From an uncultured delta proteobacterium (GTDB lineage: Bacteria > Desulfobacterota > Binatia > DP-6), in assembly GCA_963815115.1 (NCBI GenBank), contig CAWFFN010000009.1, forward strand, positions 1,408,001 to 1,472,000: a stretch of DNA of 64,000 bases. The letters are read 5' to 3'. Both the position numbers and the translations under genes were made by a program. This document shows, piece after piece, positions 1 to 8,218 of this stretch. The notes beneath the pieces were generated by a model, which was not told where the DNA came from, did no database searches, and saw only the letters and a program-made list of their open reading frames with translations. Numbering within the stretch: the stretch's first letter is position 1; each line of letters starts with the position of its first letter.

Positions 1-721
1 CGAGATGTTCAACGATCGCCTGTTCCGCTTCTGGAGCGACCTGGAGGAGGCCCTGCGCACCGGCAAGCCGCAGAACGAGGTCAAGCACGCCGGCGCCTCG
101 ATGTTCCAGGAGCTGTATAGCGAGCCGGCGCGCCTCGAGCAGTTCATGGCCGCGATGAGCGGCCTCTCGCGCCCCAACTTCGTGGCGCTCGCCGAGCGGT
201 TCGACTTCGGTCCCTACCGCACGCTGTGCGACGTGGGCGGCGCGTCCGCGGTGCTGTCGTGTGCGGTCGCCGCGCGCCATCCGCACCTGCGCTGCATCTC
301 GTTCGACCTGCCACAGGTGGAACCCATCGCGCGTGCCGCCATCGCGCGCCGCGGGCTCGCCGACCGCGTCACGACCCGGTCCGGCGACTTCTTCCGGGAT
401 CCGCTGCCGCGCGCCGACGTGATCACGATGGGCATGATCCTGCACGACTGGAACCTCGACAAGAAGAAGGGGCTGATCCGGGCCGCCTACGAGGCGCTCT
501 CCCCTGGCGGCGTCTTCATTGCGGTGGAGCACCTCATCGACGACCAGCGCCGGGAGAACGGGTTCGGCCTGCTGATGTCGCTCAACATGCTGATCGAGTT
601 CGGCGACGCCTTCGACTTCACGGGTGCGGATTTCCTCGCCTGGTGCTCCGAGGCCGGCTTCCGGCGCTGCACGATCCTGCCGCTCGGCGGTCCGGCGGCC
701 GCGGGCGTCGCGTACAAGTAG
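1..721 (+). CDS. SAM-dependent O-methyltransferase (Methyltransf_2 family), 5'-truncated by window edge
   Basis: DVGG motif I, GDFF, ILHDW and LxPGG motifs; frame is open to the window start. Confidence 0.85.
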   Translation, partial: EMFNDRLFRFWSDLEEALRTGKPQNEVKHAGASMFQELYSEPARLEQFMAAMSGLSRPNFVALAERFDFGPYRTLCDVGGASAVLSCAVAARHPHLRCISFDLPQVEPIARAAIARRGLADRVTTRSGDFFRDPLPRADVITMGMILHDWNLDKKKGLIRAAYEALSPGGVFIAVEHLIDDQRRENGFGLLMSLNMLIEFGDAFDFTGADFLAWCSEAGFRRCTILPLGGPAAAGVAYK

Positions 722-736
722 GTACCGGCAGCGAGG

Positions 737-863
737 CTAGGAGAGCGACCCGAGACGTCGTCTCGGGTCGAGACGGAGGGCGAGGATCAGACTCGATGAA
801 CCGTGCGTTCGTCGTGCCGCGAGCGGCGAAGCCGCCGCGGCAAACGTCTCGGGTCTCCCTCCT
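737..863. mobile_element. Putative MITE (121-bp body 741-861) with 18-bp terminal inverted repeats and CTAG target duplication
   Basis: 741-758 GAGAGCGACCCGAGACGT vs reverse complement of 844-861 GAGGGAGACCCGAGACGT (16/18). CTAG at 737-740; the second CTAG is rebuilt as CT(862-863)+AG(2401-2402) after removing the IS. Confidence 0.65.
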
Positions 864-884
864 GATATGGAACGACCCGTCAAG

Positions 885-1165
885 CGTACCAACGTCCTCA
901 TTGATTCTGCACGCGGTTGCGGCGACGGAGCAGAGCGAGCGACGGTCGAAGGGCAGCATCGACGGTTGATCACGCTGATATTCGCGGATCGGCCCCGAGG
1001 GCGCGCCAGCATAATCGTGATCCGTCGGGAGCTGCCTCGGACTAGTGTCGCGGGTCTGGCCAGGGGCCTGTCGCATAGGAGGCACGAGGATTCTCCTTCC
1101 CGTGAGCCCTCCGACCCCCGCTCGCTCTGCTCGTCCCCGCCGCCTCATGTGTCGTTCGTCCTCTC
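885..1165 (-). ncRNA. Putative bridge RNA/seekRNA in the IS 3' non-coding end (boundaries approximate)
   Basis: About 300-nt non-coding end downstream of tnp containing CCTCCTA (matches target), CTAG and ATATCAG (matches donor junction). Confidence 0.65.
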
Positions 1166-1172
1166 GCCCTGG

Positions 1173-2297
1173 TTACGCCGCGTGGGAAGCTTCGTCCTGC
1201 TCGACCTGGACCCCGATCGCCCACACGAAGCCCAACAGCTCGCGGCCGACGGCGGTGATGACCTTGGGGATCGGCTTCCCCTTCCCGCTGAGATGGCGGT
1301 AGCGCGCATGCAGCCGATGTTGTGCCGTCCAGGCGATCGCTTTGGTCTCCTCACTGAGCCCACGCTGGCGGACGCGCAGGGTGTGCCCGACCGCCGGGCG
1401 ATGCCGATAGGCATGGGCCGCCTCCATCAGGATGCGGCGCAGGTGGGCATTGCCCGTCTTGGTGATCGCCCCGCGCCGCGTCTTGGGCCCGCTCGAGCGC
1501 TCGCGCGGGACGGCCCCGCTGTAGCCCATGAGCGCGCCGGCGTGTGCGAAGCGGGAGAGCTGGCCGACCTCGGTCACGATCGTCACGGCGCCGAGCGCCG
1601 CGATGCCGCGCAGCGCTTGGAGGGCCGCAATCACGGCCCGCTGCGGCGCGGGGGCTGCCGCGACCACGGCGGCGAGCGCCCGTTCGAGGCGGGCGATCCG
1701 CTCGGTCGCATGGTCGACCTCGTGGCGGTAGTCCACGAGCGTCGCCTCCTGCGCGGGCGCCTCGAAGCGCACGGTGAGCAGCCACGCGCTGTGCTTCGCG
1801 CCCCACGCCTTGCGACCGGCGGGGGCCCGGCGCCCGTGGCGCAGCAAGAACTTGCTCAACCGATGCCGCGCGCGCAGCTGGTCCTGCTTCGCCGCTTCGC
1901 GGGCGCGCACCAGATCGCGCAGGGCCTCGTGGCCGGCGTCGGGCACCCACACCGCCGTCAAATCCCCGCTGCGGTAGCTCCGCGCCAGCTTCTCGGCATC
2001 ACGCCGATCGGTCTTCACCCGATCGCCGGCTTTCACCGGCACGAGCGTTGGCGCGATCACATCGCAGTGGACGTTGAGCGCGGTCAGCTGCCGGTGCACG
2101 ACGTAGCCGGTCGGGCCGGCCTCGTAGCACACGCGCAGCCGCTCCCGTGGCCCGAGCTTCGTGACCAAGCGACGCACGGCCTCCGGGGTGTTGGGGATCG
2201 TCCCCAGCGAGCGTACCGTCCCATCCGCCTCCGCGACCGCACCCGCGATCGTCTCGGCATGTACATCCAGGCCCACGAATCGGCTATCCTCCGTCAT
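1173..2297 (-). CDS. IS110 family transposase (DEDD RuvC-like + Tnp20 domain), 374 aa
   Basis: VGLDVH, CYEAGPTG, KTDRRDA, ERSSG and GxITKTGN motifs; AAAGGAG SD before the ATG at 2297. Confidence 0.95.
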   Translation of the reverse strand: MTEDSRFVGLDVHAETIAGAVAEADGTVRSLGTIPNTPEAVRRLVTKLGPRERLRVCYEAGPTGYVVHRQLTALNVHCDVIAPTLVPVKAGDRVKTDRRDAEKLARSYRSGDLTAVWVPDAGHEALRDLVRAREAAKQDQLRARHRLSKFLLRHGRRAPAGRKAWGAKHSAWLLTVRFEAPAQEATLVDYRHEVDHATERIARLERALAAVVAAAPAPQRAVIAALQALRGIAALGAVTIVTEVGQLSRFAHAGALMGYSGAVPRERSSGPKTRRGAITKTGNAHLRRILMEAAHAYRHRPAVGHTLRVRQRGLSEETKAIAWTAQHRLHARYRHLSGKGKPIPKVITAVGRELLGFVWAIGVQVEQDEASHAA

Positions 2298-2398
2298 CGA
2301 CCGGCTCCTTTCGCATGTAGCTCTGCGCTCCGGGTTGCTGATCCGATCCGCAGCGTAACCTACGACGCTGCGAATCGGAGCCGGTCGTTCCATTGTGA

Positions 2399-3262
2399 CT
2401 AGCCGAGGAAGTCCAGCGTCGCGCGCGCGACCTCCGCGGGCTTCTCCTCGTGCACCAGGAGGCGCCCGCCCGCAATCTCCACGAGGCGGGCGTCGGGGAG
2501 CTGGTGCACCATCCTGCGGGCGTACTCGACGGGGAAGGTGGGGTCGTCGGCGCCCCAGAGCAGCTCCACCGGCATCCCGATGCGCGCATGGTCCCGCTCG
2601 AGAGCGTCGACCGGCCCCCACGCGAGGCCGCGCAGGTAGCGCGCCATGCCTTCCATCCGTCGCCGGGAGTCGACCATGGGCTGGATCACGTGGTCGTGAA
2701 AATCGCCCTCCAGCAGGCGAAGGTCGGTGAAGCATCCGCCGAATCCCATGCCGGAGCGCACGAACGGCCCCGTCCGCAGCAGCATGCCGAAGAAGGCCAG
2801 CGATCCGGGCAGGGCGATCAGCTGCTGGTAGAGCGGAATCCACGGCGGGCGATGATGGGGAACCTCGGTGTTGATCAGGACCAGCTTCTCGACCCGCGCT
2901 CCGTCTGCCAGCGCAAGGTAGCGCGCGAAGGTGCCACCGGTGTCCTGCGCCAGGACGCTGTAGCGCTCCAGACCCAGACGGTCGGCCAACGCCTTCAGCG
3001 TCTGTCCCTGCCCCGGGAAGCTGAAGTCGGTGGCATCCGTCCATTCCGACTCGCCCATGCCGGGAAGGTCCGGCACCCAGCAGGTATGGTGCTGCGACAG
3101 CTCGGGTAGCACCTTGCGCCAGGTGAAGCCGGAGAGGGGGAAGCCGTGCACGAGGAGCAGCGGCGAGCCGCGACCGAACCGCCGGCAGGCGAGGCGCGCC
3201 GTGCCGGTGTCCACCCGCTCCACCGGCGCATCGAGGTAGAACCGCGCGATCGCCTCGGCCAT
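2399..3262 (-). CDS. Alpha/beta hydrolase (epoxide hydrolase/haloalkane dehalogenase-like)
   Basis: HGFP oxyanion motif, DLPGMGES, Asp nucleophile elbow AQDTGG. Confidence 0.85.
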   Translation of the reverse strand: MAEAIARFYLDAPVERVDTGTARLACRRFGRGSPLLLVHGFPLSGFTWRKVLPELSQHHTCWVPDLPGMGESEWTDATDFSFPGQGQTLKALADRLGLERYSVLAQDTGGTFARYLALADGARVEKLVLINTEVPHHRPPWIPLYQQLIALPGSLAFFGMLLRTGPFVRSGMGFGGCFTDLRLLEGDFHDHVIQPMVDSRRRMEGMARYLRGLAWGPVDALERDHARIGMPVELLWGADDPTFPVEYARRMVHQLPDARLVEIAGGRLLVHEEKPAEVARATLDFLG

Positions 3263-3280
3263 GGCTCCTCGCCGAGAGAG

Positions 3281-3794
3281 CTACTTCTTCTTGCAGCGCG
3301 GATCGCCCGCCTGGATCGTCGCCAGCTGCTCGTCGGTCAACCCGAGCCCGGCGGCACCGATGACGAATCCGCACACGAGGTCGTGGTTCTGTGCCAGCAG
3401 CCGGTGGCAGGCCTGGCAGGAGCCGAGCGCGTTCGCCACCTCGCCCTTGCCGTCTGCGAGGATCTTGCTGCGCCCATCTGGAGTCGGCTCGAGCCTCACG
3501 AACTCCCAGTCGTTGCCATCCGGATTGAACCCGTGCCGCCGCTTGATCATGGCCTCGAGCGGAAGAACCTGAAGGATGGTCCCGACCGGATAGCCCTCGG
3601 CGGGTAACTCCCCGGTCTCCGACATGGCGACGGCCCGGCGGAGCTTCGCCGGGTTGCGATTGAAGACGAAGAAGTTCCTGCCCGCGGGCTTCTTGCCCTT
3701 GAGCAGGCAGCGGAAGTCTCTCGGCCTGGCATGCGGCTCCGGCGGCGACGGCGAGGGCCAGCACCAGCGAGACGGAGAGCGCGAGCAGACGCAT
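3281..3794 (-). CDS. Secreted cytochrome P460/c'-beta-like heme protein; frameshift near 3722
   Basis: Signal peptide MRLLALSVSLVLALA in one frame; YPVGTI, AMIKR, DWEF and C-terminal CQACH in another. Confidence 0.65.
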
Positions 3795-3945
3795 GATACA
3801 GGGCCTATCCGTAGGGGTGTTTTCGAGTCAATGGATACATCGGGCGAGCGGTCGAACGTGCGACCCGGCCGCCCGGGCGGCCGCTCGAACCGCGGCGGCC
3901 GCTCCCGCCTTGAGGTCCCGGCCGCTGCTCGGGTAGTGCATCCTC

Positions 3946-6492
3946 GTGCGCCTCCGGCTGCCCCTGGCAATCGCGAGCGTAGTCCTCGCCGCGGCCGGTG
4001 CTCTCGCGGGCTCCGCCGGCGAGGTCACCATTCTTCGCGATCGCTGGGGCGTGCCGCACATCTTCGAGAGCGGTCGCGGCGCGAGCGACCGCTCCGCCTA
4101 TGCCAACGGCTATGCCCAGGCGGAGGATCGCCTCTTCGAGATGGACATCCTGCGACGAGCCGGCAGCGGTCGCCTCGCCGAGGCGCTCGGTCCGAGCTAC
4201 CTCTTGATGGACGAGGTGGTGCGGCGCGATGGCTACACCGCCACGGAACGCCGCCGGTTGTTCGGACGCCTCGCGGCACGCGATCGGCGCGCGCTCGAGG
4301 CCTATCGCGACGGCGTGAACGCGTTCATCGCGGAGGCAGCCGCCGACCCGAAGCGCCTCCCCATCGAGTTCGGCGGGATCGTTCCTACCCCGTGGACGAT
4401 CGAGGACTCGGTGGCGGCGGCGGTGCTCGAGCTGCTCGTCGAGGGAGCGAACGGCGGCCAGGAGGTGCTGCAGGCCGATCTGCTGCTCGATCTCCTCGCC
4501 CGCTTTCCGGAGGCCGAGGCGCGCGGAATCTTCGACGACCTCCTGTGGAGCGACGAGCCCGCGGCGCCGACGACGATCGCCGCCGCCGACGCGCCCTCGC
4601 GGCGCGCCAACCGTGATCGCATCGAGCGCTTCGCCGCCGCCCAGCTCGATCTCGTGCGGACCCACGCGGCGGCCATCCGGCGGGCGGCCGCCTCGCTGCG
4701 GCAGGAGCAGGGTCTCATGGGCGGTCTCGGCGGCCAGCCGCCGTTCCCGCTCGGGCTGCACCGTCACGCGAGCAACGCCATCGTGGTGAGCCCGGCGTTC
4801 TCGGCGACCGGCCATCCCATCCTGCTCGGCGGCCCGCAGACCGGGCTCGACGTGCCCAGCTTCTTCTGGGAGGTCGGCCTCCACGACGGCTCCTACGAGG
4901 CCGAGGGGGTGATCGCGCCGGCGGGGCCCGGCGTGCTGATCGGGCGCGGGCGGAACTTCGCGCTGACGCTGACCTCCGGCATCGACGACGCGGTCGACAC
5001 CTACGTCGAGATCCTCGACCCGCAGGATCCCGCGCGCTACCGCTTCAAGGGACGGTGGAAGCGCTTCGAGCGCCGCGTGGAGACGTTCAAGGTCGCCGGC
5101 CAGAGCGACGTCACGCTCGAGGTGCTGCGCAGCGTCCACGGGCCCGTCTTCTTCGTCGATCGCGACGGCGGCCTCGCCTTCAGCCGCCGGGCGGCCTTCC
5201 GCGGTCACGAGCTCGAGTCGGCTGCCGCGCTGCTCGGCCTGGGTCGCGTTCGCAGCCTCCGTGACTTCCGCCGCCTGGCCGATGGCATGTCGATGTCGTT
5301 CAACTTCCACTACGCCGACACGGCCGGGAACATCGCCTACTTCCATCGTGGCCGCCTTCCGCGCCGCCCGCCGCGCACCGATCCCCGCCTGCCGCTCGAC
5401 GGCGGCGGCGCGATGGAGTGGCGCGGCATCGACGTACCCGCCCGCCTGCCGGCCGTGGTCAATCCGCGACGCGGCTTCATCGCCAACTGGAACAACAAGC
5501 CCGTGGCGGACTGGTCCGCGGGCGAGCAGCGCGAGCTGTGGGGCGTCGCGGACCGGGTGCAGGGCCTCAGCGACGCGCTCGACTCCGCCCGCGCCGCCGG
5601 CAAGAAGGTTTCCGTCGACGACGTCAAGGAGCTCATGCGTCACGCCGCGGGGTCCGACGTCTTCGCCGTCCGGATCGCGCCGTTCCTCGAGGACGCGGTG
5701 GCGTCACTGCCCGCCGTCCCGGAGAACGATGCGCTCCGCGAAGCGGTCGGACGGGTGCGCGCGTGGGTGGACGCGGGCGCATCGCTCGCAGCGGTGCCCG
5801 ACGGCCACGGCGTGGTGCCGCTTCCCGGCGCCGCCATCTATACCGCCGTTCGCACCGCGGCCCAGACGGCGATCTTCGGCGACGAGCTCGGGAGCGCGTT
5901 CCGCGCGATGTACTTCCCGGACGTGCTCGTCGGCGACCAGGAGGACGACCACGGATCGTTCGGGACGCCGGACGCGCTCTTCCTGCGGGTGCTCCTCGCC
6001 GCCGGTCCGGTGGCGGGAGGACCGCCGGCGGACGGCGTGCTCCCGGTGTCGCGCGACTACTTCGCCGACGCCGGCACCGGCGCGGCGCACAGCCGCGCCG
6101 ACGTGCTCGCGGGCGCGTTGCGCGCCGCGCTCGCGACCCTGGGGTCCCGCTTCGGCACCGCCGACCAGTCGCGCTGGCAGCTCCCGGCGCTGCGCGAGAC
6201 CTACCGCGATCTCGGGATCGTCTCGGCCGTCTTCGGACCCACCGAGATGGAGCGGGAGAATCGCGGCTCGTTCAATCTCGTGGTCGATCTCGGTGCGCCG
6301 GTGCGCGGCGAGATCGTCGTCCCGCCGGGCGAATCGGGCACCGTCACGGCGTCGGACGTCGACGAGCCCCCGCACCTGCGCGATCAGCTGCCACTCTACG
6401 AGTCGTTCGGCTACCGGCGGCAGCCGTTCGCGCCCGGGGAGCTCGAGCCGCCGGTGACCGCGAAGACGATCCGGGTCGTCCGCGCGCGCTGA
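3946..6492 (+). CDS. Penicillin acylase family (Ntn hydrolase, peptidase S45)
   Basis: Signal peptide, RDRWGVPHI, GYAQAEDRLF, SN nucleophile (HASNA), HGP, NWNNKP. Confidence 0.9.
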   Translation: MRLRLPLAIASVVLAAAGALAGSAGEVTILRDRWGVPHIFESGRGASDRSAYANGYAQAEDRLFEMDILRRAGSGRLAEALGPSYLLMDEVVRRDGYTATERRRLFGRLAARDRRALEAYRDGVNAFIAEAAADPKRLPIEFGGIVPTPWTIEDSVAAAVLELLVEGANGGQEVLQADLLLDLLARFPEAEARGIFDDLLWSDEPAAPTTIAAADAPSRRANRDRIERFAAAQLDLVRTHAAAIRRAAASLRQEQGLMGGLGGQPPFPLGLHRHASNAIVVSPAFSATGHPILLGGPQTGLDVPSFFWEVGLHDGSYEAEGVIAPAGPGVLIGRGRNFALTLTSGIDDAVDTYVEILDPQDPARYRFKGRWKRFERRVETFKVAGQSDVTLEVLRSVHGPVFFVDRDGGLAFSRRAAFRGHELESAAALLGLGRVRSLRDFRRLADGMSMSFNFHYADTAGNIAYFHRGRLPRRPPRTDPRLPLDGGGAMEWRGIDVPARLPAVVNPRRGFIANWNNKPVADWSAGEQRELWGVADRVQGLSDALDSARAAGKKVSVDDVKELMRHAAGSDVFAVRIAPFLEDAVASLPAVPENDALREAVGRVRAWVDAGASLAAVPDGHGVVPLPGAAIYTAVRTAAQTAIFGDELGSAFRAMYFPDVLVGDQEDDHGSFGTPDALFLRVLLAAGPVAGGPPADGVLPVSRDYFADAGTGAAHSRADVLAGALRAALATLGSRFGTADQSRWQLPALRETYRDLGIVSAVFGPTEMERENRGSFNLVVDLGAPVRGEIVVPPGESGTVTASDVDEPPHLRDQLPLYESFGYRRQPFAPGELEPPVTAKTIRVVRAR

Positions 6493-6563
6493 CGCAGCGA
6501 CCTCGATCGGGCCGTGGACGTGCGGGCTGGTGTGCCCGCCGGTCGCTTGCTAGAGGACGGGCC

Positions 6564-7421
6564 GTGGACGACGTCCTCGTGACGAGCCAGATGTGTCGCC
6601 CGGCACGGCTTGCGGGACTGGTCGACCATCTGTGGAACAGCACCGGGATCATCCCGGACCGCCGCGAACGCGTGCTGCCCACGGGCACCTTCGAGCTCGT
6701 GCTCGCGCTCGGCGAGCGCCATCGTCTGGTCGGCCCCGGAGGGACTTCCGTCCTGCCGGTCGCGTCGTTCGGCGGCCTCCAGGCCCGCCCGTTCGTGCTC
6801 GAGCACCCGGATCGGTGCGACACGCTGGGGATCGTGCTCCGGCCGGCCGGTGCCTATGCGCTCCTGGGCCGGCCCCTGTCGGAAATCAGCGGCCTGATGC
6901 TGGACGGCCGCGACGTGGTCGGGAGCGGCGTGGAGGAGCTCGTCGAGCGCTGCGCCGGCAGCCCCAGATCCCGAGATCGCTTCACGCTGATCGGGCGCTG
7001 GCTGATGGAACGCTTCGCCCGCGCCCAGGTGCCCGATCGAGCCGTCGCGTGGATGGCGGCGGAGATCGAGCGAAGCGGAGGGGAGCGTCGGGTCGGAGCG
7101 CTCCAGAAGGAGACCGGCCTCTCGAAGGCTCGCGTCATCGACCGGTTCCGCGAGCAGATCGGAGCGCGACCGAAGCTCTACGCGCGCCTCGTCCGCTTCC
7201 GCCGCGTCCTCGACCGCTTGCAGGCGGGGCACGTCGCACTCACCGACGTCGCCCTCGAGGCGGGCTACTACGACCAGGCGCACATGAACGCGGAGTTTCG
7301 CGAGTTCGCGGGCATGTCGCCGACGGCGTTCATCCGAGCCCTGTACCGGGGGGGCGCCGGGAACACGGCGCGCGAGCCGTCCGGTCCGAGCGCCGCGCGC
7401 GAATCGATCGACGCGGTGTGA
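6564..7421 (+). CDS. AraC family transcriptional regulator
   Basis: ERVLPTG N-terminus; PKLYARLVRF and GYYDQAHMxxEF in the HTH; start inferred. Confidence 0.85.
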   Translation: MDDVLVTSQMCRPARLAGLVDHLWNSTGIIPDRRERVLPTGTFELVLALGERHRLVGPGGTSVLPVASFGGLQARPFVLEHPDRCDTLGIVLRPAGAYALLGRPLSEISGLMLDGRDVVGSGVEELVERCAGSPRSRDRFTLIGRWLMERFARAQVPDRAVAWMAAEIERSGGERRVGALQKETGLSKARVIDRFREQIGARPKLYARLVRFRRVLDRLQAGHVALTDVALEAGYYDQAHMNAEFREFAGMSPTAFIRALYRGGAGNTAREPSGPSAARESIDAV

Positions 7422-7437
7422 CGCCGGCGCCCTGCGC

Positions 7438-8112
7438 TCACGAGCCGGGCGCCGGACGTTCGCGCACGGCCGACGCCGAGCGGGCGAGCAGCTCGGGAAC
7501 ACGCTCGGGGTCGAGGGGGTCGCGACCGTCGAGCGCCAGCTCGAGGTGCTCGATCCGGTCGTTGCCCCAGAACAGCCGGTCTCCCCCGAGCATCGTCGGC
7601 ACCCCGAACACCCCGCGCGCGATGGCGTCGCCGGTGTGCCGGCGAAGCGCTTCCTTGGCGGCCGGCTCGCTCGCGCGCGCGACCAGCCCGCGCCCGTCGA
7701 GGCCGCGGCCATCGAGCGCCAGCGCGATCGCGTCGGCCGATCCGAGATCGATCCCGCTGGCCCAGCCGGCCGACCAGAGCGCGTCGACCACGTCCCCCTG
7801 GCGGTCGCCGGCGACCTCCGGCAGCGCCACCCGGAGTGCGGTCACGGGATTGAAGGGGTGGTGCGCCGGGAAGGTGAAGGGGACGCCCTGCAGCGCCGCG
7901 ATACGCAGGCAATCCATCACCAGCCACCCGCGCTTCGCCGGTATCTCCGCCGGCCCGCGCTGACCGCCATGGTTCAGCAGCGCGGCAAAGAGCACGGGAT
8001 GCAGCGTGAGTCCGATGCCTCGTCGCTGACAGAGCGCGCGTACCCGGGGCCACGCCAGGTACGAGTACGGCGAGATGAAGTCGAAGAAGAACTCGACCCG
8101 CGCGGTAGCCAC
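7438..8112 (-). CDS. 2-hydroxychromene-2-carboxylate isomerase/DsbA family protein
   Basis: FFFDFISPYSY, GVFGVPT, FWGNDR. Confidence 0.9.
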   Translation of the reverse strand: MATARVEFFFDFISPYSYLAWPRVRALCQRRGIGLTLHPVLFAALLNHGGQRGPAEIPAKRGWLVMDCLRIAALQGVPFTFPAHHPFNPVTALRVALPEVAGDRQGDVVDALWSAGWASGIDLGSADAIALALDGRGLDGRGLVARASEPAAKEALRRHTGDAIARGVFGVPTMLGGDRLFWGNDRIEHLELALDGRDPLDPERVPELLARSASAVRERPAPGS

Positions 8113-8218
8113 CGCACAGAGTCTAGAGCAAGGCGCTCGAGCCCGCCATGCGGGATGACGAGCGCCGGAGATAATTGCCTATTGACCGCTCCGGAGCCTG
8201 CGTGGGAGGTATGCTGGC

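Larger units (their letters stand above)
864..2398 (-). mobile_element. IS110-family (IS1111-group-like) insertion sequence
   Basis: Transposase plus perfect 11-bp subterminal inverted repeats ATGGAACGACC (867-877 / 2383-2393); CT core at both ends (862-863, 2399-2400). Confidence 0.9.

Noticed and set aside
737-740. CTAG at 737 as the IS110 right boundary
   Set aside because: The subterminal inverted repeat, CT core and 17-bp junction promoter all place the end at 862-864; this CTAG belongs to the MITE
1173-3794. 873-aa ORF suggesting a signal-peptide-bearing transposase fusion
   Set aside because: Chance open frame joining the frameshifted cytochrome signal peptide, an off-frame read of the hydrolase and the transposase, which has its own SD and ATG at 2297
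3805-5643. Long antisense and alternative-frame ORFs (also 8123-9769, 23675-25861, 30472-32268, 51869-54244)
   Set aside because: Typical high-GC shadow ORFs overlapping well-supported genes, with no recognisable motifs
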